A program made the translations under genes and the position numbers. 64,000 nt of DNA from Acidimicrobiia bacterium. Its GTDB lineage: Bacteria; Actinomycetota; Acidimicrobiia; Spongiisociales; ZC4RG35. A model generated the notes under the pieces. It saw nothing but the letters and a program-made list of their open reading frames with translations, searched no databases and was not told the DNA's origin. The stretch is from contig JAICNB010000007.1 in assembly GCA_025928935.1 (NCBI GenBank), forward strand, positions 2,870 to 66,869, given 5' to 3'. Shown piece by piece: positions 56,716 to 64,000 of this stretch (its first letter is position 1; each line of letters opens with the position of its first letter).

Positions 56716-58569
56716 ATGACGATCCTCGAATCCATCTCGAGCCCTGCCGATGTGTGTGAGCTGACCGCAGAGGAGCTCGCTGCACTGAGCGAGGAGATAC
56801 GTGCCTTCATCCTCGACAAGGTGTCACGATCGGGCGGGCATCTCTCTCCCAATCTCGGCGTGGTGGAGCTGACCCTTGCCCTCCATCGGGTGTTCGACTC
56901 TCCGACAGACCGCTTCATCTGGGACGTCGGCCACCAGGCCTACGTCCACAAACTGCTCACGGGCCGTATGGAAGGCTTCGACCATCTCCGTGTCACCGGT
57001 GGCCTGTCGGGTTACCCGAGTCGGGAGGAGTCTGAGCACGACTTCGTCGAGAACAGCCATGCCTCGACCTCGCTCTCGTACGCGCTCGGCCACGCCCTGG
57101 CCGGCTATCCCGGCTACACCGTGGCCATCATCGGTGACGGCGCCCTCACCGGGGGAATGGCATACGAGGCGCTGAATCACATCGCGGTCACCAGGCCGAA
57201 GCGGCTGATCATCGTCCTCAACGACAACGGGCGGTCCTATGCCCCGACCGTGGGCGGTCTGGCCGCTCTGGCCAACCTGGCCCAGTACCGGTTCGACCCC
57301 CGCTACGAGAAGACGAAGAACATCTTGGGCCGGATGCTGCGCGGGCTGCCGCTGGTGGGGGAGACAGCAGACGAGCTGGCCGGCAGGCTCAAGGACGCGG
57401 TGAAGCAGGTGTTGGAGCCGTTCACCGTCTTCGACGCACTCGACCTCAAGTACACCGGCCAGATCGACGGCCATGACATCGAGCTGCTCGAGGACACCTT
57501 CCGCACCGCCAAGCGATACGACCGACCGGTGGTGGTCCATGTCGTGACCGAGAAGGGCAACGGCTACAAGCCTGCCATCGAAGACGAGCTGGAGAAGCTG
57601 CACGGGGTCGGCTCGTTCGACCTGGAGACGGGCCGGGCGCTCAAGACCGAGCTGAGGCTCACCGACGTGGCCGGTAACGCATTGGCCGAGGCGGCCGCCT
57701 CCCGACCCGATCTGGTCGGGATCTCGGCAGCGATGGTGACGACGGCGGGGCTGATGCAGATGTGGCAGAGGTTCCCCGACCGGGTCTTCGACACCGGGAT
57801 CGCCGAGCAACATGCGGTCACCCTGGCGGCAGGGATGGCGCTGGCCGGGAAGCGGCCGGTGGTGGCCGTCTACTCCTCCTTCTTGCAGCGCGCCTTCGAC
57901 CAGATCGTGACCGATGTCGCCCTGCACGATCTCCCGGTCACCTTCCTCATCGATCGGGCAGGCATCACCGGCCCCGATGGCCCTTCCCATCATGGCGTCT
58001 TCGACCTGTCCTACCTGCGGATGATCCCCAACATGGTGGTGGGGGCGCCCGCCGATGCCACCGAGTTGTGCGCAATGATCGAGACCGCTGTCGACCACGA
58101 CGGGCCGATCGCAATCCGTTATCCCAAGGGGGCGGCGGTCTCGGTGCCGTCGGTCCCGACGACACCGATCGAGGTGGGGGAGGCCCAGCTTCTCTCCGAA
58201 GGGAGCGACGTGCTCCTGGTGGCGGTGGGAAGGATGGTCGAGGTCGCGGAGAAGGCGGCCGCCGACATCCGGGCCCGTGGCTTCTCCGCGGGCGTGGTGA
58301 ACGCAAGATGGGTCAAGCCGCTCGATCCACGGATACTGGAATGGGCCGCCCCGGCATGGCATGTGGTCACCCTGGAGGACAACGTCGTCACCGGCGGCTT
58401 CGGGGCCGGTGTGTTGGAGGCGTTTGCCGAGGCGGGCCTGGTCAAGGAGGTCAGCTGCATGGGCATCCCCGACCACTTCCTCCCCTTCGGGTCACCAGCA
58501 GACGTCGCCCAGTTCGCACGTCTCGACGCCGAATCGGTGGCCTCCCGGGTGCTGGCCCTGCTCGGCTGA
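56716..58569 (+). CDS. dxs: 1-deoxy-D-xylulose-5-phosphate synthase
   Basis: 617 aa. GHLSPNLGVVELT, GHQAYVHKLLTGR and the TPP motif GDGALTGGMAYEALN. Confidence 0.95.
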   Translation: MTILESISSPADVCELTAEELAALSEEIRAFILDKVSRSGGHLSPNLGVVELTLALHRVFDSPTDRFIWDVGHQAYVHKLLTGRMEGFDHLRVTGGLSGYPSREESEHDFVENSHASTSLSYALGHALAGYPGYTVAIIGDGALTGGMAYEALNHIAVTRPKRLIIVLNDNGRSYAPTVGGLAALANLAQYRFDPRYEKTKNILGRMLRGLPLVGETADELAGRLKDAVKQVLEPFTVFDALDLKYTGQIDGHDIELLEDTFRTAKRYDRPVVVHVVTEKGNGYKPAIEDELEKLHGVGSFDLETGRALKTELRLTDVAGNALAEAAASRPDLVGISAAMVTTAGLMQMWQRFPDRVFDTGIAEQHAVTLAAGMALAGKRPVVAVYSSFLQRAFDQIVTDVALHDLPVTFLIDRAGITGPDGPSHHGVFDLSYLRMIPNMVVGAPADATELCAMIETAVDHDGPIAIRYPKGAAVSVPSVPTTPIEVGEAQLLSEGSDVLLVAVGRMVEVAEKAAADIRARGFSAGVVNARWVKPLDPRILEWAAPAWHVVTLEDNVVTGGFGAGVLEAFAEAGLVKEVSCMGIPDHFLPFGSPADVAQFARLDAESVASRVLALLG

Positions 58570-58579
58570 CCGTCGGTCC

Positions 58580-59335
58580 TCAGAGGACCGCTTCCAGGAA
58601 CCTCTTGGTCTGGGCGTGTTGGGGGTCGGCGATGACTTGGCCGGGGGGGCCTTGCTCGACGATCAAACCCTCGTGGAAGAAGGCCATGCTGGTGGCGACT
58701 TCCCGGGCGAACCCCATCTCATGGGTGACAACCATCATGGTCATCTGCGTTTCGGTGGCCAGGCTCCTCATCACTGAGAGCACCTCGGAGATGAGCTCGG
58801 GGTCGAGTGCCGACGTCGGCTCGTCGAACATCATCACCTCAGGCTCCATGGCCAGGGCTCGGGCGATGGCGACCCGCTGTTTCTGACCGCCTGAGAGCCG
58901 GATCGGGTGCTCGTCCCTCTTGTCGGCCAAACCAACCTGGGCGAGGAGCTCCTCGGCCACGGCCACGGAATGGGCACGGTCCTGGCCCTTGACTGTGACT
59001 GGTGCCTCGATGACGTTCTCCAGGACTGTCAAATGGGGGAACAGGTTGAACTCTTGGAACACCATGCCCGCCTTTATCCGCACGCTGCGGATCGCCTCCC
59101 GCTGGCGATGGGTCCGGGGGCCAGGCTCGAGACGGACGCCGCCGACTTCGATCGTCCCGGACGTCGGTTCCTCGAGGAAGTTGATGCAGCGCAGGAGAGT
59201 GCTCTTCCCCGACCCCGATCGACCGAAGATTACGACCACCTCTCCCCGTGTGACATCGAGGTCGATGCCCTTCAGAACCTCGTTGTCTCCGAATGACTTG
59301 TGGAGTTGGCTCACCCTGACCACTGGCTCGGTCAT
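58580..59335 (-). CDS. amino acid ABC transporter ATP-binding protein
   Basis: GRSGSGKSTLLRCIN, LSGGQKQRVAIARAL. GlnQ/HisP-like size (251 aa). Confidence 0.9.
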   Translation of the reverse strand: MTEPVVRVSQLHKSFGDNEVLKGIDLDVTRGEVVVIFGRSGSGKSTLLRCINFLEEPTSGTIEVGGVRLEPGPRTHRQREAIRSVRIKAGMVFQEFNLFPHLTVLENVIEAPVTVKGQDRAHSVAVAEELLAQVGLADKRDEHPIRLSGGQKQRVAIARALAMEPEVMMFDEPTSALDPELISEVLSVMRSLATETQMTMMVVTHEMGFAREVATSMAFFHEGLIVEQGPPGQVIADPQHAQTKRFLEAVL

Positions 59336-60195
59336 GCCGGCTCACTCTCCACGAGCTCGACCCCGGGCTGCGTGCTGACCCTGAGCGTGCGCACGTAACC
59401 GGTGGAGAGGCGCTGCTCCAACTTGGCTTGGAAGACCTGGAAGATGGTGGTGAGGATCCAATAGAGGGCGGCGGCGACCACAAAGGCCTCCAGAGGTCGG
59501 AAATCGGCCCTGCCCACCAATTGGGCGCGGCGGAAGATCTCCATTTGGGCCACCACCGAACCGAGGAGTGAGATCAAAGCCGAGTCCTTCAACATGGCGA
59601 TGAACTCGTTGCCGGTGGGCGGGATGATGAGGCGGATCGCCTGAGGGAGGACGATCCGCCTCATGCGCTGGCGATAGGTCATGCCGAGAGCCTCGGCCGC
59701 CTCCACTTGACCATGTCCCACCGATTGGATGCCGGCCCGGAAGATCTCGGTCATGTAGGCGCCGTAGTTGAGCCCGAGTGCAATGACTCCTGCCTGGAGC
59801 GCGGTGAGGGTCAGTGAGTCACGCAGACCCGGGAGATTGGGCGGGGCGAGCTGGGGTAGGGCAAGGAAGATGAGGAACATCTGCACGATCAGAGGTGTGC
59901 CCCGGAAGAATGAGGTGTAGAAGCCGGTAACGCCCTGTGCGACTGCGCTGTTGGAGAGACGCCCCAATGCCCCGAACAAAGCGAGCGTGACGGCGAGGAT
60001 GATGGCCAGCCCGCAGATGATGATCGTCCAGGGCAGGCCCTGGGCGATGAACCAGAGGTGATCCAACATCCACTGGACGTCGAAGTCGGCCAACGAGAAG
60101 AGGAACACCACGATCAGGGCGATGACCCCCCAGACCATGCCGAGCTTCACCTTGAACGGGATGTCGGCGCTCCATTGCTCGAGGCGCTCTCTCAT
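59332..60195 (-). CDS. amino acid ABC transporter permease (HisM/GlnP-like)
   Basis: The EAA loop is GQVEAAEALGMTYRQRMRRIVLPQA. The ATG at 60195 is preferred over the adjacent TTG at 60198. Confidence 0.85.
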   Translation of the reverse strand: MRERLEQWSADIPFKVKLGMVWGVIALIVVFLFSLADFDVQWMLDHLWFIAQGLPWTIIICGLAIILAVTLALFGALGRLSNSAVAQGVTGFYTSFFRGTPLIVQMFLIFLALPQLAPPNLPGLRDSLTLTALQAGVIALGLNYGAYMTEIFRAGIQSVGHGQVEAAEALGMTYRQRMRRIVLPQAIRLIIPPTGNEFIAMLKDSALISLLGSVVAQMEIFRRAQLVGRADFRPLEAFVVAAALYWILTTIFQVFQAKLEQRLSTGYVRTLRVSTQPGVELVESEPA

Positions 60196-60218
60196 CAACC
60201 CCTGATCTAATCGCTATG

Positions 60219-60254
60219 GGCGGGGGCGCCAGACTTCCGTCTCACGCCCCCGCC
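60219..60254 (-). other. intercistronic GC-rich hairpin between SBP and permease genes
   Basis: GGCGGGGGCG (60219-60228) pairs with CGCCCCCGCC (60245-60254) across a 16-nt loop. There is no T-tract. Confidence 0.4.
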
Positions 60255-60262
60255 GCCGAATT

Positions 60263-61213
60263 TCAAGAGGTCTTCTTGGTCAGATCGAGGCCGAACCACT
60301 GGTTCGACAGCTCACTCAGCGTCCCGTCCTCGTGCATGCCCTCGATGATCTCCGACACCCTTGCCACGAAGGAATCAGTGTTCAGCGATGCACTGGCGTC
60401 TATCGCCGCCGCCAGCGGCTCGTAGAACAGCGGGTCTCCAACGACCTTGATAGGCAGACCCGCGTCGATCGCAGCCTGGATCGTCGTCGCCGACGACATC
60501 ACCGCTGTCAGCCGGCCCTGGACCAGCTGCTCGATGGCGGTGGTGTCCGTGTCGGTAGTAACGATCTCTGCGTCGTCGATCACGAACTCGAAGCTCTCCC
60601 CTGGGATGTCCAAATTCCCCTGCAGGTAGGAGTCGTATGTGCAACCGCCGCACACTCCGATTGTCTGCCCATCGAGGTCGGTGGTCAGGTCCGTGATGGA
60701 GTCATCGTCCGCGGCCACCGCCACCACAGCCGGTGTGTAGTAGTAGGGAGTGCTGAAGTGGAGCACCTCTTCGCGCTCCGGGGTGATGGTCATTGATCCG
60801 ACACTGAGATCCCATCTGCCGTTCCAGTTCCCGGCGATGATCGTCTCCCACGCCGGGGCCTCCCAGGCCACTTCGACTCCGATCTGGTCCGCGATCGCCG
60901 TGGCCACGTCGATGTCGAAGCCCTCGTATTCGCCCGTCTCCTCGTTGAGGGAGGACTGGGGCGGGTAGGCCGGGTCGGTCGACACCGTCAGCACGCCTTC
61001 CTCCTCGATGGCTGACAGGAGATCACCCTCGGTGCCTTCGGTGGTTGCGGGCGCCTCCGTGGTTGCGGGCGCCTCCGTGGTTGCGGGCGCCTCCGTGGTT
61101 GCGGGCGCCTCCGTGGTTGCGGGCGCTTCTGTCGTTGCGCCGCCTTCGCCACCCCCACACGCAGCGGCAAGGAGCGCCATGGCTGCGATCAGCCAGATCA
61201 TTGTTCGTTTCAT
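60263..61213 (-). CDS. amino acid ABC transporter substrate-binding lipoprotein with (TTEAPA)5 linker
   Basis: ATG 61213 with AGGAGGA SD, lipobox LLAAAC, a five-fold TTEAPA repeat, then a family-3 SBP core. Confidence 0.85.
   Translation of the reverse strand: MKRTMIWLIAAMALLAAACGGGEGGATTEAPATTEAPATTEAPATTEAPATTEAPATTEGTEGDLLSAIEEEGVLTVSTDPAYPPQSSLNEETGEYEGFDIDVATAIADQIGVEVAWEAPAWETIIAGNWNGRWDLSVGSMTITPEREEVLHFSTPYYYTPAVVAVAADDDSITDLTTDLDGQTIGVCGGCTYDSYLQGNLDIPGESFEFVIDDAEIVTTDTDTTAIEQLVQGRLTAVMSSATTIQAAIDAGLPIKVVGDPLFYEPLAAAIDASASLNTDSFVARVSEIIEGMHEDGTLSELSNQWFGLDLTKKTS
61041..61130. repeat. 18-bp x5 in-frame tandem repeat (GTGGTTGCGGGCGCCTCC)
   Basis: Four identical units plus a fifth with 2 changes. 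On the minus strand they encode the TTEAPA linker of the SBP. Confidence 0.9.
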
Positions 61214-61344
61214 TCGTGCTTTTCCTCCTGGATCTGCCACACGGGCACTGGCCGATTGTATAGATGGCATTGGCCCTTCGTTCGATGGCGAGACATGGCC
61301 CGGCACTACCCTGCTGACCTCGAACCCGAGTGGAGGATCTTCTC

Positions 61345-62178
61345 ATGAAGCGACATGTGGTCTTGATCGCCGTCCTCGGCCTGGTCCTGGCCGGATGTGC
61401 CGCCGAAGACGGTGCGGGCGGTGGCGGCGTGTCCTGTGAGAAGGAAGACCTCACCCTGGTCCAGGAAGGGGTCCTCACCATCGGGACCGACGATCCGTCG
61501 TTCCCACCCTGGTTCGACTTCGACGGCGGCCCGTCCACAGGCACCGGGTTCGAGAGCGCGGTCGCCTACGCCGTGGCAGAGGAGCTTGGATTCACCCCCG
61601 AAGAGGTGGAGTGGGTGGTGGTCCCGTTCAACAATGCCATCGCACCCGGGGAGAAGGACTTCGACTTCGACCTCAATCAGATCTCCATCTCCGAGGAGCG
61701 TGACGAGGCGGTCGACTTCTCCGACGGGTACTACAACGTCAACCAGGCCCTGCTCGGCTTCGCCGACTCCGAGATCGCTGCGGCCACCACGATCGACGAT
61801 CTCAAGGGCTTCCAGCTCGGGGCCCAGGTGGGCACCACCAGCCTCGACTTCATCAACGACGTGATCCAGCCCGACACCGAGGCCCTGGTCTACGACACCA
61901 ACGCCGACGCCAAGGCGGCCTTCGACGCCGGCCAGCTCGATGGCCTCATCCTCGACCTGCCGACCGCATACATCATCGCGGCGACTGAGATCGAGGGATC
62001 GGCGGTGATCGCCCAGTTCCCGTCCGCCGGCGAGCCGGAGCAATTCGGGATGCTGTTCGAGGAGGGCAACCCGCTCCGCGAATGTGTCAACCAGGCCCTG
62101 GCCAACGTCGACCTGGACGCGATCCAGCAGGAGTGGCTGTCTGACGTGGTCGACGCCCCCGTAATCGAGACCAGCTGA
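61345..62178 (+). CDS. amino acid ABC transporter substrate-binding lipoprotein (second system)
   Basis: ATG 61345 with GGAGGA 7 nt upstream, lipobox VLAGC, and a family-3 SBP core (FDLNQISISEERDEAVDFSDGYY). Confidence 0.85.
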   Translation: MKRHVVLIAVLGLVLAGCAAEDGAGGGGVSCEKEDLTLVQEGVLTIGTDDPSFPPWFDFDGGPSTGTGFESAVAYAVAEELGFTPEEVEWVVVPFNNAIAPGEKDFDFDLNQISISEERDEAVDFSDGYYNVNQALLGFADSEIAAATTIDDLKGFQLGAQVGTTSLDFINDVIQPDTEALVYDTNADAKAAFDAGQLDGLILDLPTAYIIAATEIEGSAVIAQFPSAGEPEQFGMLFEEGNPLRECVNQALANVDLDAIQQEWLSDVVDAPVIETS

Positions 62179-62189
62179 CACCGCTCTGA

Positions 62190-63059
62190 ATGACTGAGGC
62201 CGAGGCGTCGCGCCGGGGGCCGGGCATCTCTCCGGGTCGGGCGCGGCGTCTCGCCTATCAGAGAGGTCAGCGACGCCGTTCGCTCCTGATCGGGGCGGTG
62301 AGCACCCTGGTCGTGTTCGGCGTCGTCACACTGGTCGTCGTCAACTCGCCGGGCTGGCCGACGGTGAAGGAATCCTTCTTCAGCTGGGAGGACTTCAAGG
62401 CCTCGTTCCCGGAAATCCTGACCGGATTCGGCCGAAACATCAGGATCTTCCTCATCGCCGAGGTCTTCATCCTCATCGTCGCCCTGATCGTCGCCATCAT
62501 CCGCAGCACCAGGTCGCCGCTGCTGACACCGCTCAGGCTCGCCGCCACCGCCTACGTCGATCTGATCCGGGGCATCCCCACCATCATCCTCCTCTTCCTC
62601 CTCGGCTTCGGCGTCCCGGCGCTGAGGCTCCAGGGGGTGCCCAACAGCCAGGAGTTCTGGGCCATCACCACGCTGGTCATCTCGTACTCCGCCTACGTCG
62701 CCGAGGTGTATCGGGCCGGGATCGAGTCGGTCCACGAGAGCCAGACCGCAGCAGCCCGTTCCCTTGGGCTGAGCTCGGCGCAGAGTATGCGATGGGTGGT
62801 GCTTCCTCAGGCGGTGCGCCGGGTCATCCCGCCGTTGCTCAACGACTTCGTCGCCCTGCAGAAGGACTCGGCTCTGCTCGCCCTGCTTGGTGTTCAGGAG
62901 GCCTTCCGGCGGGCCCAGATCTACGTGGCGGGCACCTTCAACTTCACCGCATATCTCGCTGCCGCCCTCCTGTTTCTGATCTTCACCATCCCGCTGGCCA
63001 GATTCACCGACTACCTGATCCGCAGACAGCGAGAACGCGTCGCCGGGACCTCGTTGTGA
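62190..63059 (+). CDS. amino acid ABC transporter permease
   Basis: The EAA loop is SQTAAARSLGLSSAQSMRWVVLPQA. Confidence 0.85.
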   Translation: MTEAEASRRGPGISPGRARRLAYQRGQRRRSLLIGAVSTLVVFGVVTLVVVNSPGWPTVKESFFSWEDFKASFPEILTGFGRNIRIFLIAEVFILIVALIVAIIRSTRSPLLTPLRLAATAYVDLIRGIPTIILLFLLGFGVPALRLQGVPNSQEFWAITTLVISYSAYVAEVYRAGIESVHESQTAAARSLGLSSAQSMRWVVLPQAVRRVIPPLLNDFVALQKDSALLALLGVQEAFRRAQIYVAGTFNFTAYLAAALLFLIFTIPLARFTDYLIRRQRERVAGTSL

Positions 63060-63799
63060 GCACCGCTCTTCTCGAGGTGCGCGGTCTGTGGAAGGAGTTC
63101 GGCGACCTGACCGTGTTGGCAGATGTCAGCCTCTCGTTGCGGACCCACGAGGTCATGGCAGTGGTCGGCCCCTCGGGCTCCGGCAAATCGACCCTGCTCC
63201 GTTGCATCAACCTCCTGGAGCCGATCGACGACGGTCAGATCCTGCTCGACGGCGTCGACATCTCCGACCCCGAATTCGAGGCGGACCAGGCCCGGCGCCG
63301 CATCGGGATCGTGTTCCAGTCGTTCAACCTGTTCCCCCACCTGACCGTCCTGGACAACATCACCCTCGCCCCGCGCAAGGTGCTCAAGACCAGTGAGGAG
63401 GAGGCACAGATCACCGCCCAGCACCTTCTCGACCGTTTCGATCTGGCCGACAAGCGCGACGAGTACCCCGACCGTCTCTCCGGTGGCCAGCAGCAGCGAG
63501 TCGCCATCATCCGCGCCCTGGCCATGAGCCCGGCGTTGATGCTCTTCGACGAGCCCACGTCCGCCCTCGACCCGGAGCTGGTGGGCGAGGTGCTCGAGGT
63601 GATCAAGACCCTGGCGACGGAGGGCATGACGATGATCGTGGTCTCCCACGAGCTCGGCTTCGCCCGCGACGTCGCCGACGCGGTGCTGTTCATGGACGAG
63701 GGGAGGGTGGTGGAGAAGGGACCTCCCGATCAGGTGTTGGTCGACCCCACGACCGATCGTGCCCGCCGCTTCCTCAGTTTGATGGCGGAATCGGGGTGA
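63056..63799 (+). CDS. amino acid ABC transporter ATP-binding protein
   Basis: GTGA overlap with the permease stop. [30 protein letters not shown]. Confidence 0.9.
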   Translation: MSTALLEVRGLWKEFGDLTVLADVSLSLRTHEVMAVVGPSGSGKSTLLRCINLLEPIDDGQILLDGVDISDPEFEADQARRRIGIVFQSFNLFPHLTVLDNITLAPRKVLKTSEEEAQITAQHLLDRFDLADKRDEYPDRLSGGQQQRVAIIRALAMSPALMLFDEPTSALDPELVGEVLEVIKTLATEGMTMIVVSHELGFARDVADAVLFMDEGRVVEKGPPDQVLVDPTTDRARRFLSLMAESG

Positions 63800-64000
63800 G
63801 CCAGACCGGTGTCTCCGACCCTTTGATCCACAGGCCCTTGACGGTCGGCTGGATTGTCACGTCGACCACGTCGAGGAGATCGGCGGACAGCGCATTCATG
63901 TCGGCTTCGCTGCGGGCGGTCGCGACGAACTGATCGATGATGCGCTGAGCGTCGTACTTGCTCCGATAGAGCCGGCGGTCGATCAGGTCTTGGAGCCGCC
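63774..64000 (-). CDS. C-terminal end of an unidentified protein (gene continues beyond window)
   Basis: The minus-strand frame is open from the window edge to TGA at 63774-63776. The translation ...RRLYRSKYDAQRIIDQFVATARSEADMNALSADLLDVVDVTIQPTVKGLWI looks like a real conserved C-terminal helix-strand module. It is not in the ORF track because it has no start inside the window. Confidence 0.35.
   Translation of the reverse strand, partial: RLQDLIDRRLYRSKYDAQRIIDQFVATARSEADMNALSADLLDVVDVTIQPTVKGLWIKGSETPVWLTPIPPSN

Noticed and set aside
56824-58476. 550-aa minus-strand ORF.
   Set aside because: It is antisense to dxs, which has unmistakable TPP-enzyme motifs. This is a shadow ORF.
61008-61439. 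Plus-strand ORF with the (AGASVV)n repeat.
   Set aside because: It is the antisense translation of the TTEAPA tandem repeat in the SBP gene. The minus-strand gene has an SD, a lipobox and an SBP core.

Overview
This is a high-GC, GC3-rich bacterial chromosome segment, almost certainly Actinomycetota. The pointers are two WhiB-family genes, a GlnA2-type glutamine synthetase coupled to a GlnR-like OmpR regulator, Mrp/ApbC, PPK1, and Streptomyces-style 11-nt PHO direct repeats. I call about 62 CDS. I saw no rRNA, tRNA, CRISPR array, transposase or integrase. All family calls rest on by-eye motif recognition in the supplied translations; no database search, HMM, RNA folding or statistics were run. 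Layout: (i) 1-19.9 kb is an accessory-looking catabolic/transport island. It holds a Gfo/Idh/MocA oxidoreductase, an alpha/beta hydrolase, two creatinase-like M24 proteins, two DHDPS-family lyases, an OCD-family enzyme, a Dpp-type ABC importer whose ATPase genes sit 5.7 kb away on the other strand, an MFS transporter, a LacI regulator, a creatininase-family amidohydrolase, a Zn-ADH, a SnoaL-like cyclase and a TauE exporter. A 12-bp palindromic motif recurs in its intergenic gaps. (ii) 20-26.2 kb holds two alpha/beta hydrolases and a sugar ABC operon. (iii) 26.3-47.3 kb is housekeeping: a CheY-like RR, NfeD, WhiB, selB-selA, a NUDIX-MBL-M23 operon, Mrp/IscA, RidA-ALDH, a transsulfuration enzyme, a DUF559 gene flanked by inverted palindromic elements, a glnA2-glnR-like pair, and a membrane protein-WhiB-MFS operon facing a TetR gene. 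(iv) 47.3-58.6 kb is a co-linear phosphate block, ppk-pstSCAB-phoU-RR-HK, followed by dxs, with PHO-box-like repeats. (v) 58.6-63.8 kb holds two divergent paralogous amino-acid ABC systems. The most interesting candidate is the LacI-centred island, whose enzyme set does not match a textbook pathway. I found no convincing defence or mobile system.
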